Source: a virus. From it: a DNA stretch of 45,497 nt. Made by a program: the position numbers and the translations under genes. Shown in pieces: positions 1 through 8,444 of the stretch; positions within the stretch are counted from its first letter, which is position 1; each line of letters begins with the position of its first letter. The stretch lies in UHGV virus genome UHGV-0106598. One strand, written 5' to 3'. Under the pieces are notes generated by a model. The model saw only the letters and a program-made list of their open reading frames with translations. It was not told the origin of the DNA and ran no database searches.

Positions 1-30
1 ATAAAATCAAAGCAATAAGCAGTGTCGTGA

Positions 31-53
31 AACCACCTTCGGGTGGTTTTTTT
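31..53 (+). terminator. Rho-independent terminator-like hairpin (AACCACC-TTCG-GGTGGTT followed by a T-run), plausibly ending a transcript entering from the left
   Basis: Seen in sequence: 7-bp GC stem, 4-nt loop, then TTTTTTT on the + strand. Confidence 0.5.
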
Positions 54-116
54 GTATTTTATTTTTCATTTCCGAAGATGCGTCCGAAGATGATTTTTCT
101 CTGGACGCATCATCAT

Positions 117-1163
117 TCATTTTCTCTGGCCACCAACTACGGGCACTACTTTAACTTTTCGGTCATAGGCAGCTGTCTGTCGTGGGTTCTTATGCCCGGA
201 AATTGCTTGCTTCTCTTCCAGGCTGCCTTCCAGATCAGAGATACCTTTTGCTTTCAGATCATGAAATGTGAAGTCTATTTGCAGATGAGGATATTTTTCC
301 TGTGCTGCCGCTTTGACATCACGCCAACGAGAGTTAAAACCATCACGGGTATACTTGCCACCGGTAGTTTGATGAATCACAAACAGGCTACTGATTCCCG
401 TTTTTAATGGCAGAGAACGAGCCAGAGCTATCGCTTTCTGCAGACGAGGCGACCAGGCTTTGATTTGCTTAACGCCGGTTTTTCCCTGACGAATGTAGAT
501 CCCGGAATCGAACAGCTGGTCTTTCTGCAATGAAAGTACATCACTCTGTCTGGCCACGCATAAGTAGGCAATCTCCATTGCTACGCGAACAACATCAGGA
601 GACACTTCATAAACGGCCTGATATTCTTCATCCGTAATATAGCGTTCGCGAGCTTTCTCTTTAAACTGTTTAACTCCCTGACAAGGATTCCTCTGAACAT
701 AACCTCGTTCATAACCCCAACGGAATACCCGGGACATAAAGCTTTTTTCCCTGTTTGCCTGAGTTCGGCTTGATAAACCGCGTTGATCCATATAGCGCCG
801 AATATGTTCAGGTTTGATTTTATCCGGGTCGATCTTCCCGAAGACAGGTAGAACTTTTCCGGAATATTTTGTGTAGTCTTTCCTGGTTTCGACTGCCAAA
901 TCCATAAAATCAGGGGAGGTCATGAATTGTTCCGTGAGCGCCTGAAAAGTATTTCTTTCTTTTTCGTCACCGACCGCTTTTTCATATGCCAGCCATACGG
1001 CTGATCGTGGCGCATCCAATGCGCACAGGCGTATCGCTTTGTTATCTTTATTCCTGAATTCGTAGGCCGCTTTGCCCTGGTAAACACGAGGCGGCATCCA
1101 GTTATCTGCTGGGTTCTTTCTCTTTCCGGCCATTAAATATTGCTCCAAAATCAGGTTCATCAT
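117..1163 (-). CDS. int: Tyrosine-type site-specific integrase
   Basis: 348-aa ORF; C-terminal HDLKAKGISDL ... SGHKNPRQTAAYDRK matches the recalled catalytic H-x-x-R / G-H ... Y region of lambda-Int-like recombinases; sits at the prophage end. Confidence 0.9.
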   Translation of the reverse strand: MMNLILEQYLMAGKRKNPADNWMPPRVYQGKAAYEFRNKDNKAIRLCALDAPRSAVWLAYEKAVGDEKERNTFQALTEQFMTSPDFMDLAVETRKDYTKYSGKVLPVFGKIDPDKIKPEHIRRYMDQRGLSSRTQANREKSFMSRVFRWGYERGYVQRNPCQGVKQFKEKARERYITDEEYQAVYEVSPDVVRVAMEIAYLCVARQSDVLSLQKDQLFDSGIYIRQGKTGVKQIKAWSPRLQKAIALARSLPLKTGISSLFVIHQTTGGKYTRDGFNSRWRDVKAAAQEKYPHLQIDFTFHDLKAKGISDLEGSLEEKQAISGHKNPRQTAAYDRKVKVVPVVGGQRK

Positions 1164-1365
1164 CTTTTCGCGTCGTCACCTCCTGTAAATTGCGAAATTT
1201 TATTGGGTTCATGAAATGGCCCCAGGTTATTTTTGGGTGTCCGTCAGCCCTTTCCATGAAGAAAATTCCAGCCCGGCGAAGAGCCTCACATTGCTTTGAT
1301 TTAAGTGGGCTTCCCGTCAGCTCGACCATTTCTTCTCTGGTGATTATGTCGTGATCGCTTTTCAT
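1102..1365 (-). CDS. Excisionase-like small DNA-binding protein (DUF4224-like)
   Basis: 87-aa ORF just upstream of int and overlapping its start; ITREEMVELTG...ALRRAGIFF...ADGHPKIT resembles the recalled DUF4224 pattern. Start may be an internal Met. Confidence 0.55.
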   Translation of the reverse strand: MKSDHDIITREEMVELTGSPLKSKQCEALRRAGIFFMERADGHPKITWGHFMNPIKFRNLQEVTTRKDDEPDFGAIFNGRKEKEPSR

Positions 1366-1525
1366 GGTCTTTCCTCATTATGTAGCTTATTGCGTCATCT
1401 GCCACATGGCAGGCACGGGCAATATCAGACTCGGTCAAAGTCTGTTTCCTGACGCTGGCCGAGAGTCGGCCAATTTTGATATCAAATGCGGAGAGCAGAG
1501 TTGCTCCCGGTTGCCATCGCAGCAT
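1301..1525 (-). CDS. Hypothetical small protein
   Basis: 74-aa ORF co-oriented with the early-left operon; overlaps the excisionase-like ORF; no recognisable motif. Confidence 0.3.
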   Translation of the reverse strand: MLRWQPGATLLSAFDIKIGRLSASVRKQTLTESDIARACHVADDAISYIMRKDHEKRSRHNHQRRNGRADGKPT

Positions 1526-1574
1526 TGTGATCCTCCGGTTACTGGTGAATCGTAATGCTAGCGATGGTGAGTTT

Positions 1575-1757
1575 TTATTTCTGATTAGGCGTAATCAGTT
1601 CTGGTGGGGGGAATGCCGATTTCTCCCGCGTGACCTTAATGTTTTCTGGCAGGTGTAGCCCAAGTTCGCAGCGGCTCCGTGCTTCAATAATGCCATTGGT
1701 ACCATCGGCAAGTACCAGGTGAACCGCGTCACCACGCTTTAATGTGAGTTTAAGCAT
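1575..1757 (-). CDS. Hypothetical small protein
   Basis: 60-aa ORF directly downstream of the Gp157-like gene (stop/start adjacent), same strand. Confidence 0.35.
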   Translation of the reverse strand: MLKLTLKRGDAVHLVLADGTNGIIEARSRCELGLHLPENIKVTREKSAFPPPELITPNQK

Positions 1758-2326
1758 TAGCGTACCCTCAGCGAACGTTCGCCGCGTTCCAGATGTGCGC
1801 CTGGTACCGGGTTAAGTAATTCGGCAGGTGGTGTTTCTCCACGCGCCATTATTTCTGCGGCAACCGCCTCCGCAGATTCAATCACTTCTTTAATGGCTCG
1901 CTTGTTTGGTGTAATAACCGTTTCTACTTCAACAAGTGACACGCCTTCATACTCGTCCGGGATCTTATCTTTGCTATCGATAATTACCCGGATAGCCCCC
2001 TGTGCATCAGTAAATGTGTTTTTAGCAGTTTTCAATTTATCCAGGCCAGCAGCTTGCAGGCAGGCGAGCATATGCTTCCGAATTGCTTTTTCCTTGCCTT
2101 CAAAGGACGTCTTACGGGTAGCCAGGCGAGACATTTCTTCAGCGCAGGTACTGGCATTGCCCTGTAAATTGCGGCAGATGACCATCATGGCGTCCAGTTT
2201 GTCTCCCAGTTCTCCTTCCATACCTTCAAGCGTGTCGGCGATCATCTCTGGCGTCAGTTCGTCGGAGGTTTCCAGCAGGTCAATCAGGCTGGCATATTCT
2301 TTTGCAATAGCGATAGCGGTGCTCAT
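1757..2326 (-). CDS. Siphovirus Gp157-like protein
   Basis: 189-aa ORF; overall pattern resembles recalled Gp157-family proteins that accompany phage annealing proteins; start overlaps the upstream gene stop. Confidence 0.55.
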   Translation of the reverse strand: MSTAIAIAKEYASLIDLLETSDELTPEMIADTLEGMEGELGDKLDAMMVICRNLQGNASTCAEEMSRLATRKTSFEGKEKAIRKHMLACLQAAGLDKLKTAKNTFTDAQGAIRVIIDSKDKIPDEYEGVSLVEVETVITPNKRAIKEVIESAEAVAAEIMARGETPPAELLNPVPGAHLERGERSLRVR

Positions 2327-4539
2327 GCGGTTTGCTCCTGTGCAGCGGTGAGGGCGGCGAGGCGTTCAGTTTTGATGTCGGTGATACGGCGCAGGCGCGA
2401 TCCCAGATACGATGAATATTCTTTATCGCCTTTGGCTTCTGCTGCTTTTCGGTGTACATCCACTTCGCGGGCGATGAGGCCAAATACCTTGTTTACTTCG
2501 TTGGTGGTTACCGCGGCGGCCAGCGTATTGGCAACGTTGATCAGCTTCTCATCCAGTTCCTTACGAAGACGGGTAGCATCTTCCGCATTCTCGCTGGCAT
2601 TCTTGATATCAAACTCAGCTTTATTCCTCTGGCGGTATTCCGGATTGTCGTACAGGCCCATGAAAATATCGGCGCTGAATCCGAGAGGGGATAGCGCTTT
2701 CTTAACAGCATCCGTCCAGGATTTCTTCGGCGCTTCGCCGTCGCTTGTTGGTCCATGTTTAGTATCGTAGATGTACGGAGTGCAACCGTAAGCCGCAGAC
2801 TCGCCGCGCACCCCATTCAATATGTACCAGACTCTCACTTTCATGGTGTGGTGCATTTCACATAGGTACCCGCCAACACCGTCGTGAATCAGATCCCATT
2901 CTATTTTTTCACCAACCTGTTTTTTGCGAACTATCGGTGCGCCTTTATCAAAGCGCTCCTCCAGCACCTCTACACCCCAGCCAATACCAAACGGCCCAAA
3001 TTCGCGAGTCGCTTTCATCGCTATATAAGTGCCGTTGATGGATGTGCCGCCGCCATTCTGAGAGAAAGCACTGGTGAAGCGCTCATCGGTTTTGAATACG
3101 TTCTTCCACAATGCCAGATTATCCGTGTCGTCGGAGTCCTTTAACTCCGTTTCGATAGCTGAGATTGCATTCTGCCGCTTGTGCTCTTCGGTATGGATCC
3201 GCTCAACCAGCGCGTCAACGTTCTGCACCAGATCCTTTACCTGCTCGCTAAGTTTTTCTTGTGGAGGAGTCTCTTCTGCCGGGGTAATAGCTGCAGGTTC
3301 CCTCTGTGATACGGCGTTATTTTCAGGTACGTCATACACATGGCGAGGCGTGACAAACTGCTCACGCAACTGCTGCAAACTACGTTCTCCAGCATTTGCT
3401 GCTTCGCTTTTTTCGCCCTGATTTGAGGGTGTTTCTGACATCATCCCATCAATTGAGAATCGTCCGCCGCCGTGGTTGGTGACTTTTACATCATCCTTTG
3501 GTGCTGCTTCCTTTGGCTTCTCTTCAACAGCATTTGCATCACGCTGCCCGTTAGCTTGCAGCCAGTTGTCGATGTGACTGCGCAGGGATTGTGGGAAGTG
3601 GTACGTGTCTTTTGCGGGGGCGCTCTGAATAACACCGAATACTGATGCGCGGTCATAGGCAAGGATCTGATCCGTTGTGCGCAAGGCCATTGACCAGCGT
3701 TTAAAATCTTCCCTGTCCTGACTGATTATTTCGTCTGCCGCTTTCAGGATGCTGGGGGTGATTTTTTCCGGGGCAACAGGTAACAGGGCGCAGGCAATTT
3801 CACGATCCAGTGTGGCGTGAGTCTGTTGGTAAGGACGTGCGGATGCTGTTTGTGGTTTTACCTCCGGCAGCATTTCATCGCGTTTACCGGGATTCTCTAC
3901 CCATTTTTTTATAAATTTGGAGATAGTCCAACTGGTCGGGTTTTGTTCCTGGGTATCGCAACTTGCCAAAATTGCATGTACCAGATTATTCAATCCAGCA
4001 ATATGCATGTACTCAATGGGCTTACACGCTACCATGGCATCGAGGACGATGCGGTTAAACGCGTCAACCTCATCCTCACTGTTAGTATCACTGTTGTCGA
4101 GCATCTCCAGGTATTCACGCGTCTGCGCAAGCAATTCACTGTCGACTTCGTTGGCGTCGTGGCTGAACAGCAGGACGGCGGCGAAGCGTTCACGAGCAGG
4201 CAGTTTCATCAGGTCGTTAACCTGTGCGATATCTGCTGAACCGCTATCTGAATCAGCGGGGGGGTTAACTACCCATTTTTCGCCATCAAAACTGTGTTCT
4301 GTGGCAAACGTCTCATCAAACTCACCGACGCCTGGGCGCGGTTGGCCTGGGGCATCCTCCCAGATTTTAGGTTTGAAATAGTTGTCGCCGTGGTCAGGGT
4401 AGGCTTCCCACAATTTGCCGATGATGATGTTCTCGGCAACTTTTTTGTTAGGGGCGTCGATGGCGATGGCCAGCGCCGGGATCGCACCGTTTTTGAGCGC
4501 GCCTTTTTTCGCTTCTAACAAGCCGTTAAAAATGGTCAT
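2323..4539 (-). CDS. Large recombination protein: about 480-aa N-terminal region of unknown function fused to a C-terminal Rad52-like single-strand annealing domain
   Basis: 738-aa ORF; C-terminal REFGPFGIGWGVEV ... KKSWTDAVKKALSPLGFSADIF ... DNPEY parallels recalled Rad52-family motifs (EMFGYNGW ... TDGLKRAL..FG...DKDY); start preceded by GAGGAAAGACCA-ATG. Confidence 0.6.
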   Translation of the reverse strand: MTIFNGLLEAKKGALKNGAIPALAIAIDAPNKKVAENIIIGKLWEAYPDHGDNYFKPKIWEDAPGQPRPGVGEFDETFATEHSFDGEKWVVNPPADSDSGSADIAQVNDLMKLPARERFAAVLLFSHDANEVDSELLAQTREYLEMLDNSDTNSEDEVDAFNRIVLDAMVACKPIEYMHIAGLNNLVHAILASCDTQEQNPTSWTISKFIKKWVENPGKRDEMLPEVKPQTASARPYQQTHATLDREIACALLPVAPEKITPSILKAADEIISQDREDFKRWSMALRTTDQILAYDRASVFGVIQSAPAKDTYHFPQSLRSHIDNWLQANGQRDANAVEEKPKEAAPKDDVKVTNHGGGRFSIDGMMSETPSNQGEKSEAANAGERSLQQLREQFVTPRHVYDVPENNAVSQREPAAITPAEETPPQEKLSEQVKDLVQNVDALVERIHTEEHKRQNAISAIETELKDSDDTDNLALWKNVFKTDERFTSAFSQNGGGTSINGTYIAMKATREFGPFGIGWGVEVLEERFDKGAPIVRKKQVGEKIEWDLIHDGVGGYLCEMHHTMKVRVWYILNGVRGESAAYGCTPYIYDTKHGPTSDGEAPKKSWTDAVKKALSPLGFSADIFMGLYDNPEYRQRNKAEFDIKNASENAEDATRLRKELDEKLINVANTLAAAVTTNEVNKVFGLIAREVDVHRKAAEAKGDKEYSSYLGSRLRRITDIKTERLAALTAAQEQTA

Positions 4540-4569
4540 TGGTCTTTCCTCATTACAGGTCAGTGGTCT

Positions 4570-4899
4570 TTAGTAGGGGATTTCATCGGTATCTGGCGTG
4601 TATTCGATGCAAAGTAACTGCTGGATTTCGTCATCGATAGCAGCAATACGCTGTTGGGCGTCGGCGACTGTTTTCTGTTTTTGTTCACGCAGTTGCTCGA
4701 CCTGTAAACCGATGATGTCGATTGGCTGGGGCTGGTTGACGGTAATTTCAATTTCGCGGCTTTCCAGAAGGATGTACCTGTCTGGAAAACCTTTAGACAT
4801 ATCAACGGTTGCAACTAAGATTTCCCCAGGACAGAAAGTTGAGGTTGGGAATGCATAATTTACATATAGCTTTACGGGGATAGTGGTGCGCGCTTCCAT
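4570..4899 (-). CDS. Hypothetical protein
   Basis: 109-aa ORF with AAGGAG-like ribosome-binding site 6 nt before the ATG; first clear gene of the leftward early operon. Confidence 0.45.
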   Translation of the reverse strand: MEARTTIPVKLYVNYAFPTSTFCPGEILVATVDMSKGFPDRYILLESREIEITVNQPQPIDIIGLQVEQLREQKQKTVADAQQRIAAIDDEIQQLLCIEYTPDTDEIPY

Positions 4900-5129
4900 A
4901 GCGACTCCTTGGTGATGTATACTCGGGACCGATCAGCGAATATTGATCAGCTTCCATAGCGTCAGTGTCGTTGGTCTTTCCTCATCACAAGTTTGGTCAC
5001 TTGTGATAAATCCGAATGGTTTGGTCGCCGTTCGGGGTAACTGGCCCGCCTTGTGCGGGTCTTTTGCTATCTAAAGGGTGCCGGTTACGTTTCCGGCGTC
5101 GTTATGTTTCCATCACGACCGTACGGGGC

Positions 5130-5183
5130 TGGTCTTTCCTGTTTTGAGCTGGTCAGGCTCATGGTCAACGCTGGTCAGGCGTG
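5130..5183 (-). repeat. Degenerate minus-strand copy of the CCACGCCTGACCAGCGT ... AGGAAAGACC cassette, without ATG or ORF
   Basis: Seen in sequence: reverse complement of 5164-5180 is CCACGCCTGACCAGCGT; AGGAAAGACCAGCC follows about 28 nt downstream on the minus strand. Confidence 0.6.
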
Positions 5184-5749
5184 GTACTTCCTCCGGTCTT
5201 TCCCTGGTGTCACGCTGCGGGTTTGGCCTCTCCTGTTGGGGACTCAGGCACAGCGATAAAACCTGGCTGTGTGAAAAAATGGCCCATCGTGCGGACTGGG
5301 CAAAGACTAAACACAGCAAATTGATGATGGGCGCCCGGAATCGAACCGGGTAACGGGCAGGGAGTTCCCGTTAAACACCTGTTCACCACAACCGGGAGCG
5401 CACTCCGCCATTTCAAAATTTAACGACAAAGCTCAAAGTTGAGTCGATGAAGTGCGCTCTCGTGTTGTAGCCAGGACTCTTCCCTGGTGGTCACACCGTA
5501 TCGCCTTGATGGTGAATCAATCGCTCATACCTGGCTGTGGCTTGCACATTCCGGCTACCTGCTATGGAGACAACGCGTTAAGGCTCCGCTTCCATCCAGA
5601 CCGCTTCGACACATGTGCCATATGCCGGCGAAGTCTTTCCCTCTGTCATCGTACTGGCGCCGACGCGCAAAATTTGGTGCCGTCTTTCCGGCTGTCAGAA
5701 CTTGTTTCTGAACAACTGCCGCTGGGTAAGCGTTGTTGATGGAAGTGAC

Positions 5750-5811
5750 TTTACAATTTGTATTTGTAATGGTCAATGTATTTTTAAAAAATAATTTGTA
5801 GTTAGGGGCAA
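5750..5811. promoter_or_regulatory. OL-like operator/promoter region with repeated TTTGTA motifs
   Basis: Seen in sequence: AATTTGTATTTGTAATGG and ATAATTTGTAGTTA on the far side of the repressor gene, mirroring the motifs in the cI/cro intergenic region. Confidence 0.45.
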
Positions 5812-5895
5812 AAAAATATTCACTGTGTAAAGGTGTTTTTGTGTTAGGGGGAAAGTTGCATGCCAGCAGCGGCTGGCCTGGAAATTTGAACTGAA

Positions 5896-6324
5896 CTATT
5901 TTGTCTGGTTTTTGGCTTCAAGTAGTTCTTTTAGCAGTAGATCGAAGTGCTCTCTTTTTTCTTTTAGCTCATTGATTAGTTTATTTTTTTCGCTCTCAGG
6001 CAGTCCTCTGAATAGTTGCAGTAGAGCCTGTTCTTGTGGGGTTAGTTCTTGATTGTAATTACCGGGGTGTAGCGTGGATTCATCCAAATATTCTCCTTCA
6101 TTCATGAAGAAAAAATGAACAGGGTATCCGGTCACTTTTGCTAGCTTGTCTAATTTATCTTTTCTTGGCGTTACCCCATTACACCATGCCTGAACTGATT
6201 GAGCTGTAACCCCAATATGGCGAGCTAACTCAGATTGAGACCAGCCTAAGTCTTTTAGAATCCGTTGTAGTCGGCTAGCAAAAGCCATGTTTTTCGTTTT
6301 TGTGTTCATACCGTAAGGATACAA
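5896..6324 (-). CDS. Phage repressor, CI-like HTH (XRE-family) DNA-binding protein with no recognisable LexA-like S24 peptidase domain
   Basis: HTH segment GWSQSELARHIGVTAQSVQAWCNG; divergent from a Cro-like gene; C-terminal half is helical/charged, lacking the Ser/Lys peptidase signature. Start codon ambiguous (three candidate Met). Confidence 0.7.
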   Translation of the reverse strand: MYPYGMNTKTKNMAFASRLQRILKDLGWSQSELARHIGVTAQSVQAWCNGVTPRKDKLDKLAKVTGYPVHFFFMNEGEYLDESTLHPGNYNQELTPQEQALLQLFRGLPESEKNKLINELKEKREHFDLLLKELLEAKNQTK

Positions 6325-6325
6325 G

Positions 6326-6387
6326 GTTTAATTGTAGGGAGCATTGCAAATATAATTTGTAATTACAGTTATGATTTGTAATGATGG
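6326..6387. promoter_or_regulatory. OR-like operator/promoter region between divergent repressor and cro-like genes
   Basis: Seen in sequence: TTAATTGTAGGGA, TAATTTGTAATTACA and TGATTTGTAATGATGG repeats in a 57-bp divergent intergenic region. Confidence 0.5.
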
Positions 6388-6407
6388 CGCGGACACAAGG
6401 AGTCCAT

Positions 6408-6638
6408 ATGGATAAACAACTGCAAGACAAAATTCTTTCCGTAATGAGTCAATCCGAGTTAGGTCGGCGATTAGGGAAAAAACCACAAACTGTGAGCCTC
6501 TGGTTCAAAGGACGGGTTCCCGGTGAAGAGGTTTTGCGCACATCTGAAGCTCTTGAATGGCGCGTGACCCCTCATGATCTTAGACCGGATCTTTACCCAA
6601 ACCCAGATGACAGCTTGCCTAAAACGGAAGCAGCTTAA
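6408..6638 (+). CDS. Cro/YdaS-like HTH regulator
   Basis: AAGGAG 5 nt upstream of the ATG at 6408 (the longer track ORF from 6381 contains this ribosome-binding site); motif SQSELGRRLGKKPQTVSLW; divergent from the repressor. Confidence 0.65.
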   Translation: MDKQLQDKILSVMSQSELGRRLGKKPQTVSLWFKGRVPGEEVLRTSEALEWRVTPHDLRPDLYPNPDDSLPKTEAA

Positions 6639-6696
6639 CTGTTGGTGAGCCCCAAATCTGATTAAGCGTAATCAATTTTTAGCGACAGGAGACGCT

Positions 6697-7173
6697 ATGG
6701 AAAACCCAGAGGAATTACAAAAAGAGATTTTGACCTGGGCGGCAAGGGCAGGGCAGGAACTCGTCACGATTGAAATCTGCCGGGCCTGGTTCAGTCAGGG
6801 ACGCAATGATGAGTTGAGACTACATGAATTTGAGGACACGGACGGCAACGTGGACTGGAGAGCCATCAACAACAACCGGCAGAAAATCTTTCGCTGGTTA
6901 CGTGGCGAGACAACGGCGGCGCGCCGAAAAACTCAGGTGCTGGCCAGTGTGATGAAAGCCGTGCTACCCGCAGAACGGCGGGCGCGTCTGGAGTCGCCGG
7001 GCGATCCTGTTTTGCTGGCAACGCTGGCGGCAAAAGAAGGTGTGGAGGCGATTAACGCTGTACATCTCCACTTCGCGCCAGAGTTAACTATTCAGGAAAT
7101 TGACGAAGCAATAGCGGCGCTGGTAGCGACGCGAGGGGCAGTGATAAGCACTGCGCAAGGCCACCATGCATGA
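6697..7173 (+). CDS. YdaT/CII-like regulatory protein
   Basis: 158-aa ORF after cro-like gene; NNRQKIFRWLRGETTAARRK resembles recalled YdaT (NQQNIFHRWLKGET). Confidence 0.5.
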   Translation: MENPEELQKEILTWAARAGQELVTIEICRAWFSQGRNDELRLHEFEDTDGNVDWRAINNNRQKIFRWLRGETTAARRKTQVLASVMKAVLPAERRARLESPGDPVLLATLAAKEGVEAINAVHLHFAPELTIQEIDEAIAALVATRGAVISTAQGHHA

Positions 7174-7175
7174 GC

Positions 7176-7212
7176 GCCTGACCAGCGTTTAACTTATACC
7201 GAGGAAAGACCG
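7176..7212 (+). repeat. Conserved cassette copy 1: GCCTGACCAGCGT-N10-CCGAGGAAAGACC-G immediately before the ATG at 7213
   Basis: Seen in sequence; starts right after the stop codon of the upstream gene. Confidence 0.75.
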
Positions 7213-7437
7213 ATGTTAAGACATATTGACCGCATTACCTGGCGTAACGGCTGGCACCTGAATGGGCTCCCGGCACATGTTGCAGAGATCCGCCCCATAT
7301 TCGATGGCCGCGTCGCAGCTGCACGTTCTGTGTGGGAAAAGTACGAAGAAGAAAAAGCGAAACTGCGTGAGCAAAATCTCTCTGGCGCTGCCTATGAGGC
7401 TGGCTGCCGCGTTCTCTCAGAGGCTTTGGGCATATGA
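7213..7437 (+). CDS. Hypothetical small protein
   Basis: 74-aa ORF immediately preceded by the conserved cassette. Confidence 0.4.
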   Translation: MLRHIDRITWRNGWHLNGLPAHVAEIRPIFDGRVAAARSVWEKYEEEKAKLREQNLSGAAYEAGCRVLSEALGI

Positions 7438-8444
7438 ACATCCTCCCGTTACTTGATAGACCCATAGCCTTCCAGAGAAGTTTTATCCGTCTTGAAATTG
7501 GCGTGACTGCCGCATTGTTTCTGTCGCAGTTGACGTACTGGACAAACAGAACAACTGACGACGGCTGGGTATATAAAACCCAGGATGAGTGGGAAGAGGA
7601 AACAGGGCTTTCACGATACGAGCAGGAGGGCGCACGCAAAAAACTACGTGGTCTCGGCATCTTGCTGGAACGTAAACAGGGCTTGCCTGCCAGGCTATAC
7701 TACAAAATCGATAATGATGTGTTGTGCCAGCTACTTACGTCCGCACACAAGGATGCGGAAAAACCACATACAGGTGAGGGGAAAACCACCAGGCCTGTAC
7801 GTGGAAAACCAACAAACATTCTTACAGAGAATACAACAGAGAATACTACAGAGATTATAGATCCCCCTAACCCCCAGGGGGGAGACGGCGACGAGACCAT
7901 TCTCGCTGATGCTCAAAAAGCACTGGCTAGTTACAACGAGCAAACCAACACGCGTTGTCGCGACGTTAAACCGTTCGTTACGCTGCTGACTCCGACAAAA
8001 ACGCGAACCGGTTATACCGTCGCGGAAATCGAACTGGTGATCCGCTGGGTGTTGGCAACGTGGCACCGTCGTAGCGGTAGTATGCCCAAAATCGCAAATA
8101 TTTGCCGTGTAGGACGCTTTGATGGCTACTTGGCTGACGCTGAGGTCTGGGCTGTCGCTGAGGCTGCTGTAGACCCCTCTGAGGTCGTTAACGGCTACAA
8201 CGAGATTTTCGCTGATTTACTGCCTGAGGCTGAAATCGACACAGACCGCCGCCGGGCGATCATGAAACTACTGGCACACATGCGGTCGCAAACTCTCGGG
8301 GCGTTCCTGGGGTATTTCGAAAAATTCCGTGATACCGCACCTGAATTTTATTTCGGTGGTGAGGATCGCGACGGCTGGCGGGCAGGGTTTGATTACCTGA
8401 TGAAACCGGAAACGCTGCGTAAAACCAGGGAGGGGGCATTATGA
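7434..8444 (+). CDS. Replication initiator / replisome organizer (lambda O-like winged-helix N-terminus)
   Basis: 336-aa ORF upstream of and overlapping the helicase gene; N-terminal winged-helix-like region; internal iteron-like repeats. Confidence 0.55.
   Translation: MNILPLLDRPIAFQRSFIRLEIGVTAALFLSQLTYWTNRTTDDGWVYKTQDEWEEETGLSRYEQEGARKKLRGLGILLERKQGLPARLYYKIDNDVLCQLLTSAHKDAEKPHTGEGKTTRPVRGKPTNILTENTTENTTEIIDPPNPQGGDGDETILADAQKALASYNEQTNTRCRDVKPFVTLLTPTKTRTGYTVAEIELVIRWVLATWHRRSGSMPKIANICRVGRFDGYLADAEVWAVAEAAVDPSEVVNGYNEIFADLLPEAEIDTDRRRAIMKLLAHMRSQTLGAFLGYFEKFRDTAPEFYFGGEDRDGWRAGFDYLMKPETLRKTREGAL
7824..7859 (+). repeat. Three tandem 12-bp iteron-like repeats (TACAGAGAATAC / AACAGAGAATAC / TACAGAGATTAT) inside the initiator gene; candidate replication origin
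   Basis: Seen in sequence; encodes TENTTENTTEII; followed by the G/C dyad CCCCCAGGGGGG. Lambda ori lies inside the O gene in the same way. Confidence 0.5.

Noticed and set aside
27-407. 126-aa + strand ORF at the left end
   Set aside because: Lies antisense within the integrase gene and the terminator region; low-complexity translation; no ribosome-binding site.
5555-5776. 73-aa minus-strand ORF as an N-like antiterminator
   Set aside because: Its start lies inside the operator repeats; no arginine-rich N-terminus and no ribosome-binding site.
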